DNA from: Ignavibacteria bacterium
GTDB taxonomy: Bacteria > Bacteroidota > Ignavibacteria > Kapaibacteriales > Kapaibacteriaceae
NCBI GenBank assembly: GCA_013204605.1
Contig: JABMNI010000014.1
Coordinates: 55,151-119,150 of the forward strand
Reading direction: 5' to 3'
Length of the DNA stretch: 64,000 nucleotides
Shown: positions 28,959-38,381 of the stretch, piece after piece
Layout of the letters: every line of letters begins with the position of its first letter
How positions within the stretch are numbered: the stretch's first letter is position 1
Translations under genes and position numbers: made by a program
The notes under the pieces: generated by a model
Told to the model about the DNA's origin: nothing
The model's database searches: none
Seen by the model: only the letters and a program-made list of their open reading frames with translations

Positions 28959-31900
28959 ATGAGGTCTAAAATGACAAAAAATTATGCCGTTACAACATTG
29001 ATGCTTACAGCGGTACTGTTGACGGGAGTATTTGAAGTTTACGGACAACTTCGGGTTTCGGTAAATCTCACGTCGCGTCCGGACCCCTACATTTCCAATT
29101 GGTCTCAGCGCAAAGAGGTGGTAATTGTGAGTGTTACGAATTCTTCTTTAAAAGAGATCGATGCGAAATTCAACTGTACAGTGAAGAAGGATGGTGTTCT
29201 ACTTGCCAACACAAAACCCGAGAACATGCAGGTGCTTTCGATACAGCCTGGCTCTACTCAATACTACGGTGAAGATCTTGTTCCAATTGCTGCCATGCGA
29301 GTTATTGGCAATACCGAGCAAACATTAGTTAAGACCGGAATGCTTCCTGCGGGTGAATATGAGTTTTGTGTAAATCTTATACACCCAACTTCAGGCATTG
29401 AACTCACTCCGCCAGTGTGTAGGAACTTTACAATCCAAAGCTATCAAGCGCCAGTGCTCTTGTTGCCACTCGATGGTGACAGTTTGCGAAAGGGACAGCG
29501 CCCACTCTTTCGTTGGATGGCAGTTTCGCCAAAACCTTCGTTTGTGGTTAGATACCGTTTACAAGTATTTGAAGTAATGACCGGTCAGACTCCAATCACT
29601 GCATTTCGCGTTAACCAACCCATCATTGATGTTCCTGACATTCAAACTACACAGCTCTTGTGGCCGCCGGATTATGATCTTGTAAGTAATCAAAAAAGTC
29701 TGGTTTGGACGGTGCGGGCAATAGATGACAATGGTAATCCTTTGGGCGAGCCGAATGGTTATGCCACACCATTCGTTTTGAAATGCGCTCAAGATGTAAG
29801 CAAAGCAACTGGTGATGTAAGTACGGGTAACGCAACAAAAAAATCAGGCGCCGATGGCAATATGAATGCTAGGTCGGGTGAATCTGGTTCGTCCACCACT
29901 CGAAGCACATCTACCACGGGGTCCGATACAACAGATGCGAATTCGGCAAACAATGCAAAACAGTCCTCGGGTTCCAACACTCCTAGCTACCAAACGCCGC
30001 CAAGTTTGCCGTGCGGTCAATGTAGTTATGCCGTCACAATAACCGATACCGCTGCATCTGCCGGCAACGCCGTGGTAGGAGATTCGATTTCAATTGGACG
30101 CTTTTCAATGAAAATCACAACCTTGACAAACGCTCCGTTTGCTGCTTTGTCTGGGAAAGGGGAGATCAATATTCCTTGGTTACTCGCCCGTGTGCTGGTC
30201 ACTTTTGATAGTCTGAAAGTGAATGCAGCAAAGCAGGTTGTGATTGGAGAAGCGAGGAGCGAGGTAGATGCATCTGCGCCACAGTATCCTCAGCAATGGG
30301 CAATAAATCAGGCAGTAAGTTGGAACTGGACAAAAAAGACGGTAGCATGGGTAGATGACTTTGTAAAACAAAAGGGCAGTATTGTTAAATCTGTCAACAA
30401 CATGAACACGCCGCTAAAGGTACCTCTCGGATTTAACAACATTAGTGGCTACACCGTTTGCATATCGGAATTTCTATTCAAAAAAGATGATGCGCTTATG
30501 GCCATGGTAGCCACGATTCCATTACCTAAACTCGACGACACGCTAAGTCTTGGTTTGAACCAGTTGCCGATCTGTCCGCAGGGAGTTGGTAAGACCGCGC
30601 GTCTTGAACTACTCGCAGATCTTGATGTAAGGGGGCTTACCTCAGCGCAACCCACGTTTTCTATCACGGCGCTAGCACCAACCGCCAACCGTCCGGGGTG
30701 TTATATAATGTTCGGGTGCGACAACAACACCGACACACTATCGGTTGATTTTGATATTGCCTTCCCTCGCGCTTGGATTACACCTCGTCCCGATGCCGAC
30801 TCGACCAAACAAACCATTGCCACGCTGCGTGGAACAGCCGTCAACTGGAAGGAATGGTTGGTTGTAGGTAGCCTGCCGGCAAGCACGTTTGTAGGCACGA
30901 ACGGTATGGGACTGCAGGTAGACACACTTGCATTTGACTTCAGCGACAGACAAAACCCACCCGGAATAATATTCCCTGCTAATTATACTGGAATAACCGA
31001 CACAACATTCAATGGCTTCTATGCTAAGAAGGTTCGTATGTGGATGCCTGATGGGTGGCGCACGTTTGCTGATTCTGCTTCGGCTCCGGAGTTCAGCGCT
31101 AACTCTCTAATCATCAACAAGAATGGAATTACCGGTACGTTGCTCGGTGTAAATATTGTTCAGTTTCCGAATGCAAATCTCAATAGACTTAGTGCAAGTA
31201 TCGACACCGTAAAAGTTGTGATGCTAAACACCAATCTTACTTCGGCATATATGCGAGGTAGATTATTGTTGCCTATCACCGATTCGACTCCGCAGAACGC
31301 AATAGCGTATAAGGCGCTTTTCAATAGCACACAAAAGTCGTTCGACTTTTCGTTAACGCCTACTACTCCGATCGACATGAAGTTGTTTGCCGGTGCAAAG
31401 CTCACGTTGCTTCCGTCATCATCATTGACGATGACCATTTCGAAGGCTCGTAAAAAATTCGCTCTAGTCTTGAACGGGGAGATTGGGTTCAACGCCATTG
31501 AATTGCAGGTTGGGCAGAAAAAAGTAGCGGTAGATCTTTCGGTTGATTTCGAGAATATGTACGCATCGTACACCGACTCTGTTAAACACACCTTCGACTA
31601 TTCGATTGGCGACTGGAGTTTTGCTAGTGCACAGAAGAAGCTCGCGAAATTTCCGGTTACCATAGACAAGGTGAAGTACGCTAAGCTTACACCCGTTGGC
31701 TATGAATTAATGCGTGGTAAGGTGAGTTTAGATTTGATACTGGCACTAGATTCGAATCGGATTGGTGGAAAAGGATCGTTCGATGTTACCGTTGCTGTTG
31801 AGAAAAACAATCCCACGTCGTCATTCAAATTCCGGCCACGATTCATAGATTTCAATGTCGGAAAAGTTGACGTTCACGCCAAACTAGCAGCCGTTGAGTT

Positions 31901-33989
31901 GAACGGCGAACTAAACTTTTACAATGAAGATCCAACCTGGGGAAATGGTTTTGCCGCATCAATTCAGGCAAAGTTCAAAGCATTGCAATTGCAAATTGAT
32001 GTAGCGGGAAGATTTGGTACAAAGGTCGACAACACCAATACCAGATTCCGTTATTGGTATGCCGATGCAAAAGCAATACTTCCACCTCCAGGCATTGTGT
32101 TTTTACCTGGATATGCATTCTACGGTTTTGGTGTAACCGCTTGGCAGCGGATAAGTGTAGACATGACAGGGGCTAAACCTAACGCTGCTGCCGTGGCAGG
32201 AGCTTCCACAACAACCACGGCCCCAGGAAGCGGTGCTACCATGTCACCAAACAGACAAATCGGTTTCGGCTTCAAGGTTCTCGCCGTACTGGGCACTACA
32301 CCCGATCCCGCAAAGTTGAACGCCGATGTTGCACTAACGGGTCAGTTCTCAAACTCTGGTGGCATGATTAACATCGGCTTTATTGGTGATTTATGGTTGC
32401 AGGCAAAACTTTTGGAACGTGCATCGGCACCGGTAAAGGGCACGCTAAATATCAACTATGACTTTACAACGAAGATCTTCGACCTGAACGCAACGATGAC
32501 AATAAACAAGCCACCTGTCACCGGAAGTGGAAACTTGAAAGTTCACTTGGAAGGCAAAACTGGAATTTGGTATGTCAAACTTGGCGAACCAACAAACCGG
32601 AATACTATTGCCGTGAATTTTCTTGGAACTGGAATTACAGCCAACTCCTACTTTATGTTTGGCAAAAACATAACGCCCCCTACAGGATTTACACAGCGCA
32701 CATACAACGGCTTAGCGTCTGTTGGGTGCTACGGTATGACGCCATCGTCATCCGGAACAACAGGTGCGATTTCGGGCAGCGGATTTGCCGGCGGCTTAGA
32801 CGTCGGTTTCGACTCTGGCGAACGCATGCGAGACATAATTGCAAGGTTAAAAGCTAAGTGGAGATTTGCAGGGGGCTTTGAATTCAATGCATCGCTTTTA
32901 CGATATCCAAATGGCTCGCTGTGCGGTGGCGATGGCATGAATTGGTGGTATGTGCAAGCCAATGTTGCGGCGTACGCTATTGCGAGTGCCAGCGTGTATA
33001 TAACACCTAAAAAAATTAGCGACGGCTGCATTGTATGTTGCACTAAGAACCATCCTAATGGTTGTACCTACAACATTGCAACCATAACATTCGGTGCGTG
33101 GGCCGAGGCAGGATTCCCGAACAACTCATGGCTTCAAGGACAAGCAACAGGGTCGTTCAATGTACTTGGCGGAGCGTTCAGCGGAAGTTTTAGCGCAGAG
33201 TTTAACGTAGGCACACGATGCACGCCGGCACCTCCGGCCAGCGCGAACGTAGCGGCACAAGACGTTGGAGCCGAACAGGCAACCAAGCTGATAACATCGG
33301 TCACGCCTGCACACAACTCCATGAACGTAGCGCTAGCAGAACCCATCATGGCAATTTATTCATTTGAGCCCAACGTACCATTTGATTTAACCGAGTTGCA
33401 GGGTGGAGCATCCGGCAATACCGTGAACCGGACTTTTCAAGTAAAGTATGCTGTCACAGTAGAGCAGTTTAACGAAACAGTTTGGGCGCCAACTGTAGTT
33501 TCAAGCGCCAAGGATGCGCTTGGTGCATTTTTATTCCGAAGGAAGTCGAATATTATTCTACCCATAAACGACGTGACGTATAGTGCTAAGACTACCACTA
33601 TGACTCCTAAAAATACCAATGCACCATTTTCAACTTCCAATAGTCCTACTCCGATAACTCCGCCCAAACCAACCGCTGTTCTTAACGCGCCGAAAAATAC
33701 TTCAAACCCATTCGAAAACACCCCGCCCCCTTCAGAAAGTGACTCATACTCGTTCAGCAATGCCGGACAACAAGCATTCATGAATGCCACTCTAAATTGG
33801 GAGCTGGCAAAGAAGTATAGAGTTACCGTGGTGGGCACACTTTGGGAGCTTTCTTCAAACAATCAGTGGGTGATTGCTAAATCGAAAAGTTCGAATCAAA
33901 ATATTACGCAGACGGTAGTCAATGTTTTTAGTACGCCAATGCCGTTGATTGCTATTAATAAAAATGTGCAGAAGAACAGTGTTAAGTAA
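28959..33989 (+). CDS. Giant secreted protein (1676 aa); no family recognised
   Basis: Signal peptide MTKNYAVTTLMLTAVLLTGVFEVYGQ. Contains an S/T/N-rich linker (~29800-30010), a Cys cluster (SLCGGDG...DGCIVCCTKNHPNGCTY, ~32915-33070) and a Pro/Thr-rich linker (~33590-33750). No T9SS CTD, no LPXTG, no RHS/YD or cadherin-like motifs seen. Confidence 0.55.
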   Translation: MRSKMTKNYAVTTLMLTAVLLTGVFEVYGQLRVSVNLTSRPDPYISNWSQRKEVVIVSVTNSSLKEIDAKFNCTVKKDGVLLANTKPENMQVLSIQPGSTQYYGEDLVPIAAMRVIGNTEQTLVKTGMLPAGEYEFCVNLIHPTSGIELTPPVCRNFTIQSYQAPVLLLPLDGDSLRKGQRPLFRWMAVSPKPSFVVRYRLQVFEVMTGQTPITAFRVNQPIIDVPDIQTTQLLWPPDYDLVSNQKSLVWTVRAIDDNGNPLGEPNGYATPFVLKCAQDVSKATGDVSTGNATKKSGADGNMNARSGESGSSTTRSTSTTGSDTTDANSANNAKQSSGSNTPSYQTPPSLPCGQCSYAVTITDTAASAGNAVVGDSISIGRFSMKITTLTNAPFAALSGKGEINIPWLLARVLVTFDSLKVNAAKQVVIGEARSEVDASAPQYPQQWAINQAVSWNWTKKTVAWVDDFVKQKGSIVKSVNNMNTPLKVPLGFNNISGYTVCISEFLFKKDDALMAMVATIPLPKLDDTLSLGLNQLPICPQGVGKTARLELLADLDVRGLTSAQPTFSITALAPTANRPGCYIMFGCDNNTDTLSVDFDIAFPRAWITPRPDADSTKQTIATLRGTAVNWKEWLVVGSLPASTFVGTNGMGLQVDTLAFDFSDRQNPPGIIFPANYTGITDTTFNGFYAKKVRMWMPDGWRTFADSASAPEFSANSLIINKNGITGTLLGVNIVQFPNANLNRLSASIDTVKVVMLNTNLTSAYMRGRLLLPITDSTPQNAIAYKALFNSTQKSFDFSLTPTTPIDMKLFAGAKLTLLPSSSLTMTISKARKKFALVLNGEIGFNAIELQVGQKKVAVDLSVDFENMYASYTDSVKHTFDYSIGDWSFASAQKKLAKFPVTIDKVKYAKLTPVGYELMRGKVSLDLILALDSNRIGGKGSFDVTVAVEKNNPTSSFKFRPRFIDFNVGKVDVHAKLAAVELNGELNFYNEDPTWGNGFAASIQAKFKALQLQIDVAGRFGTKVDNTNTRFRYWYADAKAILPPPGIVFLPGYAFYGFGVTAWQRISVDMTGAKPNAAAVAGASTTTTAPGSGATMSPNRQIGFGFKVLAVLGTTPDPAKLNADVALTGQFSNSGGMINIGFIGDLWLQAKLLERASAPVKGTLNINYDFTTKIFDLNATMTINKPPVTGSGNLKVHLEGKTGIWYVKLGEPTNRNTIAVNFLGTGITANSYFMFGKNITPPTGFTQRTYNGLASVGCYGMTPSSSGTTGAISGSGFAGGLDVGFDSGERMRDIIARLKAKWRFAGGFEFNASLLRYPNGSLCGGDGMNWWYVQANVAAYAIASASVYITPKKISDGCIVCCTKNHPNGCTYNIATITFGAWAEAGFPNNSWLQGQATGSFNVLGGAFSGSFSAEFNVGTRCTPAPPASANVAAQDVGAEQATKLITSVTPAHNSMNVALAEPIMAIYSFEPNVPFDLTELQGGASGNTVNRTFQVKYAVTVEQFNETVWAPTVVSSAKDALGAFLFRRKSNIILPINDVTYSAKTTTMTPKNTNAPFSTSNSPTPITPPKPTAVLNAPKNTSNPFENTPPPSESDSYSFSNAGQQAFMNATLNWELAKKYRVTVVGTLWELSSNNQWVIAKSKSSNQNITQTVVNVFSTPMPLIAINKNVQKNSVK

Positions 33990-34014
33990 CTATCGCAAAT
34001 CAGGGACAACATCC

Positions 34015-36165
34015 ATGCGCAAGCTTGTAGTATTCACGGTGCTCGCAATGTTCGTATTCGTTGCGGCTGCAAACCAAATTTCGGCGCAATCGAACGACAA
34101 TCTCAATGCGGCGTTGAACGTGCAAATGAAGGGAATTGCAAAACGATACGCCGACTCCGTAGTGCTACGATGGGCACCCGGTAACGCCTTCTTATGGCGT
34201 TTGTCGCGCACGCAGGGCTATAACATTGAACGAGCGGAAGTGATAAATGGCAACGTTGGCCCATACGTTGCTCTTACTGTAGCGCCCGTTACGCAATGGA
34301 CAACGCAGCAATGGACAACATTCCTCCAGACATATCAATATGCCGATAGCACAGATGAACAGTTGATAGCAGTAGCAAGCATTTTATCGGAGCAAGCCGA
34401 TTCGCCAACAGACACTCCGGTGAAAGATCTTGGAGATCTTCAGGCACTTCGCGAGAAAAAAAGTCAATCTGAAATGACCTTTGCTTACGCACTCATTATT
34501 GCAGAACGCAATCGAATTGCTGCCAATAGTTTAGCCATGAGGTTTGTAGACAAGAGTGCTACATTAGGTAAGGAATATAGATATCGGATTTCTATGTTGG
34601 GATCAACCACACCATACAACGTGACTGCTGCCTTGGTTGACGTATCACCGCGTGCAAACACTGCCGAACAAAATGATGCCGGACTCAGTGCGTTAGCATT
34701 AGATACAAAGGTTGTGTTAACGTGGGCAAACACAACCGGACATTCAACATTTGATGTGTATCGTTCAAACAACGGTTCACAGTTTACAAAACTCAATATA
34801 ACGCCGCTCCTCACCATACGTCATGGAACTGCCGATGCAGAATCGAACGGCTACATCGATTCGAATCTTGTGAACTACACAACGTACACGTATCGAGTTA
34901 CGGGAAATAATTCGTTTGCCGAAGTTGAAGAAATCGGAACTATTAATGCAATGCCGCATGATGTTACGCCACCACCAACGCCAAGCGGCGTGCGCACTGA
35001 ACACGTTGGCGTAAAAAGTGTGGCGATCACCTGGCATATGCCAGATGCACCGATGCCTGATTTACTCGGCTTCTACATTCAGCGTGGCAGATCAGAAGAC
35101 GGTACGTTCCAACTTGTAACTACTACGCCGCTGGCAAAAAATATTCGTTCATATCTCGATACCACCGCCGCCTTAGGCGACACACTCTACTATCAGGTTG
35201 TGGCCGTAGATACTGCAAAGAACGGCAGCTTGTCGTTTGCGGTGTACGTTGCATTTGCGGACAGTATAGCCCCTTCACCAGCAGTGCTGATACGTGGCGT
35301 TATGGATACTGCCGGTGTAGTGCGCATAACAGTGCAGCATCCAACTGATGCAGATGTAATGGGATATCGACTGCTAATCGCAAACGATTCCACGCATGAG
35401 TTTACCGTTAAGCGAGAACTCTTCGACGAAGAAACACAATTCAATAGGGAAGACACCATCTTGCTCGACACAGCCGAGTTGCGCACGCTTACAAAATTTG
35501 TTTACTACCAAGTAATTGCCCTCGACTATCACTTTAATGAGTCGGTGGTAAGCAATATGATTGCCGTTCCACGGCCGGATATCATTCCACCCGTTTCGCC
35601 TGTTGTTACAGACTACGTTGTAACAGACTCGAGCATCGTTCTCTTTTACAATCCAAGCACAAGTAGGGATGTAAGCCACCACGTTATCCAAAGAAGACCA
35701 TTCAATGCAACAAGTGTTCCTCCAACCACATGGGACTCTCTTGCACGCGGTGGAATAACCGACAGCATCATCGTCGACCAAACAGGAACACTGTCTGCCA
35801 CATATCAGTACGCTGTAATTGCCTTCGACAGTGCGGGAAATGTATCGCCCCTTTCAAACATCGTAACCCTAGTGCGCTACGACAATGGTATACGACCGCC
35901 CGTGACTACCGTGCGAGCCGCATACGACTCCACTACAAAGTCCGTCCGCCTCCAATGGGAGTATATCGATTTAGGTGAAGAGCACAGCTTCATGATTTAC
36001 AAACGCAATGGCGCGGCGCTCGAATCTTACGCCCTAGTAAAGGACCAACTCGCCCGGGAATACATTGATTTGAAGGGGGCTAAACGCAACGCTACATTCG
36101 CAATAAAGGTAATCTGCAGCCGAGGCGCAGAATCGAAAATGAGTGAGAGTGCAACGGCACGTTAA
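34015..36165 (+). CDS. Secreted protein with fibronectin type III-like repeats
   Basis: The ORF track starts at 33949, overlapping the giant gene. I prefer ATG 34015 (MRKLVVFTVLAMFVFVAAANQISAQ, signal peptide). FN3-like segments: TPPPTPSGVRTEHVGVKSVAITWHMP...YYQVVAVDTAKNGS and IIPPVSPVVTDYVVTDSSIVLFYNP...YQYAVIAFDSAGNVS. Confidence 0.55.
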   Translation: MRKLVVFTVLAMFVFVAAANQISAQSNDNLNAALNVQMKGIAKRYADSVVLRWAPGNAFLWRLSRTQGYNIERAEVINGNVGPYVALTVAPVTQWTTQQWTTFLQTYQYADSTDEQLIAVASILSEQADSPTDTPVKDLGDLQALREKKSQSEMTFAYALIIAERNRIAANSLAMRFVDKSATLGKEYRYRISMLGSTTPYNVTAALVDVSPRANTAEQNDAGLSALALDTKVVLTWANTTGHSTFDVYRSNNGSQFTKLNITPLLTIRHGTADAESNGYIDSNLVNYTTYTYRVTGNNSFAEVEEIGTINAMPHDVTPPPTPSGVRTEHVGVKSVAITWHMPDAPMPDLLGFYIQRGRSEDGTFQLVTTTPLAKNIRSYLDTTAALGDTLYYQVVAVDTAKNGSLSFAVYVAFADSIAPSPAVLIRGVMDTAGVVRITVQHPTDADVMGYRLLIANDSTHEFTVKRELFDEETQFNREDTILLDTAELRTLTKFVYYQVIALDYHFNESVVSNMIAVPRPDIIPPVSPVVTDYVVTDSSIVLFYNPSTSRDVSHHVIQRRPFNATSVPPTTWDSLARGGITDSIIVDQTGTLSATYQYAVIAFDSAGNVSPLSNIVTLVRYDNGIRPPVTTVRAAYDSTTKSVRLQWEYIDLGEEHSFMIYKRNGAALESYALVKDQLAREYIDLKGAKRNATFAIKVICSRGAESKMSESATAR

Positions 36166-36168
36166 CCC

Positions 36169-36210
36169 TCAAAAACAAAAAAGCCCCAGTAAATGGGGCT
36201 TTAATTTGTT
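36169..36210. terminator. Rho-independent terminator, effectively bidirectional
   Basis: Hairpin AAGCCCCA-gtaaa-TGGGGCTT. On the minus strand it is followed by TTTTGTTTTT, downstream of tRNA-Lys and dxs. On the plus strand it is followed by TTAATTTGTT, downstream of the FN3 gene. Confidence 0.7.
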
Positions 36211-36215
36211 CTGTG

Positions 36216-36289
36216 TGATCTCGCTGGGAGTCGAACCCAGGACCCTTTGATTAAAAGTCAAATGCTCTAGCCAGCTGAGCTACGAGATC
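36216..36289 (-). tRNA. tRNA-Lys (anticodon TTT)
   Basis: rc = GATCTCGTAGCTCAGCTGGCTAGAGCATTTGACTTTTAATCAAAGGGTCCTGGGTTCGACTCCCAGCGAGATCA. Cloverleaf with the T-loop GGTTCGA. Anticodon loop CTTTTAA. CCA not encoded. Confidence 0.85.
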
Positions 36290-36376
36290 ATTAAGAACCG
36301 CAAAGGTACGGAAAATCAGAATTTCTTGAGGTATGAAATCGACGCAATGGTTGATTTTATTGGTTGGTGTGGATAT

Positions 36377-38296
36377 CTAACTCAATACTTTGCGCACAGC
36401 AACTTCAGATAAAAAGTCTCGAACCACCTCTACAATGCCCGCCGCATCAAGCTTATGGTCGGCATGCAATTCGTCTTGGGTGCCGTGTTCTACAAACAAA
36501 TCGGCGTAGCCATGAATGCGTAAACTGCATTGCCATTGCGCGTTCTGAGCCACTACTTCTGCAACAGCGCTGCCAAAGCCCCCTTCAATTTGTCCGTCTT
36601 CGATAGTTACAATCTTCCCAATTCTGCTTGCCACATCACGTATCATTTCAGTGTCGAGGGGCTTTACAAAGCGTGCATTTATCACTTCACACTGAATTCC
36701 TTCTACGGCGAGTTGTTGGGCCGCTGCAAGTGCCTTGTACACCAGTGGACCGGCCACAATCATGGCAACGTCGGAACCGGAACGTAATGTTTCACTCTTT
36801 CCGATTGCCACGGGTTGCATTGGCGCTACCGCCGCTCCAACGCCCGAGCCTCGCGGATACCGCAGCGCTACAGGTCCGGCAGTGTATGAGTGGATGGCGG
36901 TGTATAGCATGTTGCGCAGCTCTTGCTCATCCTTGGGTACCATAACCACCATTCCCTGAATGATTCGCAGGTAGGCTAGGTCTAGCACGCCGTGGTGGGT
37001 GGGTCCGTCGGCACCAACCACTCCCGACCTATCCAGAGCAAACACCACGTGTAAATGCTGGATGGCTACGTCGTGAACTATGTGGTCGAACGCCCGTTGT
37101 AAAAAGCTAGAGTAAATAGCCACCACCGGCACAACGCCTTGGGTTGCTAGGCCGGCTGCAAACGTAACCCCATGACCCTCCGCAATGCCTACGTCGTACA
37201 CACGGGTGGGGAACTGCTTTTGCACAATGTCAAGACCCGTACCGTCGGGCATGGCAGCGGTAATTCCCACTACGTTTGGAGCGGTAGACATTATCTCAAC
37301 CATGGCCTCGCCAAATATTTTTTGGAATGTAGGTGCCGCAGGGGTGGCAGGGGGCTTTGTGGCTACCGCTTTACCTGTAATTTTATCTACTTTGCCGATG
37401 GCGTGGAGGAATTGAACGTCGCGCTCTGCGGGACCGTACCCTTTGCCTTTTTGGGTAATAGTGTGCAGTAGAATTGGACCCTTCATGTCACGAATTCCAC
37501 TTAACATTTTTACGAGTTGTTGAATGTTGTGTCCGTTGATTGGCCCAAAGTACCGGAACCCCAACGCCTCGAACAGCATTCCCGGAGTGATAAGCGCCTT
37601 CATACCACCTTCGATACGATGCGCCAAATCTTTAATGCGATCTCCAAACGGATCCATCTTGCCGGCAACTCCGGCTATACGTGCGCGCAATTTCTTGCCC
37701 GATGGTGATGCGAAAATTTCTGAGAAATAATTTGATAGTGCCCACACGTTGGGTGCTATGGACATGTTGTTGTCGTTAAGCACAACCAAGATGTCGCTCT
37801 TTAATATTCCGCAATTGTTCATCGCTTCGTACGCTAAACCGCCTGTCATAGCCCCATCACCAATTACAGACACCACCTTGTAGTCTTGTTTCATCTGGTC
37901 GCGAGCAGCAGCCATTCCCAGTGCAGCCGAGATTGAAGTTGTAGCGTGGCCGGCACCAAAGTCATCAAAAACGCTTTCAGATCGTTTCAAAAAACCTGAA
38001 AGTCCATCCTTTTGACGAATCGTTTTTAAACTGTCGCGCCTTCCTGTAAGAATCTTATGGGGATAGGCCTGATGGCCGGTATCCCAAACAATTTTATCCG
38101 TTGGGGTGTTATAAATGTAATGCAAGGCCACGGTCAATTCCACCGTTCCAAGACCCGCACCAAGGTGACCACCAACCTTTGTAATCGTATCAATCAAGCA
38201 CTCGCGAACTTCATCGGAAACTTCGCGCAAAACATTTTCCGGTAGTTTTCGCAGATCCTCCGGAGCATCGATATTGTGCAGGTACTTATAATCCAT
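36377..38296 (-). CDS. dxs: 1-deoxy-D-xylulose-5-phosphate synthase
   Basis: 639 aa. MDYKYLHNIDAPEDLRKL..., GHLGAGLGTVELTVALHYIY, the TPP-binding GDGAMTGG, and transketolase-like C-terminal domains. Confidence 0.9.
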   Translation of the reverse strand: MDYKYLHNIDAPEDLRKLPENVLREVSDEVRECLIDTITKVGGHLGAGLGTVELTVALHYIYNTPTDKIVWDTGHQAYPHKILTGRRDSLKTIRQKDGLSGFLKRSESVFDDFGAGHATTSISAALGMAAARDQMKQDYKVVSVIGDGAMTGGLAYEAMNNCGILKSDILVVLNDNNMSIAPNVWALSNYFSEIFASPSGKKLRARIAGVAGKMDPFGDRIKDLAHRIEGGMKALITPGMLFEALGFRYFGPINGHNIQQLVKMLSGIRDMKGPILLHTITQKGKGYGPAERDVQFLHAIGKVDKITGKAVATKPPATPAAPTFQKIFGEAMVEIMSTAPNVVGITAAMPDGTGLDIVQKQFPTRVYDVGIAEGHGVTFAAGLATQGVVPVVAIYSSFLQRAFDHIVHDVAIQHLHVVFALDRSGVVGADGPTHHGVLDLAYLRIIQGMVVMVPKDEQELRNMLYTAIHSYTAGPVALRYPRGSGVGAAVAPMQPVAIGKSETLRSGSDVAMIVAGPLVYKALAAAQQLAVEGIQCEVINARFVKPLDTEMIRDVASRIGKIVTIEDGQIEGGFGSAVAEVVAQNAQWQCSLRIHGYADLFVEHGTQDELHADHKLDAAGIVEVVRDFLSEVAVRKVLS

Positions 38297-38381
38297 TTAG
38301 CAACTCAATTTTTTCGTAATTCAATTAGTTGTACTTCTCACTGTTGTAACTCTACATGCAATACACTTCAACATGATAAAT

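Noticed and set aside
33949-34014. Upstream start (MLLIKMCRR...) for the FN3-repeat gene, overlapping the end of the giant gene
   Set aside because: ATG 34015 is followed by a canonical signal peptide (MRKLVVFTVLAMFVFVAAANQISAQ). The extension is basic and non-signal-like, and it overlaps the upstream gene.
36364-37730. Several plus-strand 60-105-aa ORFs opposite dxs
   Set aside because: dxs is unambiguous on the minus strand. These are antisense artefacts.
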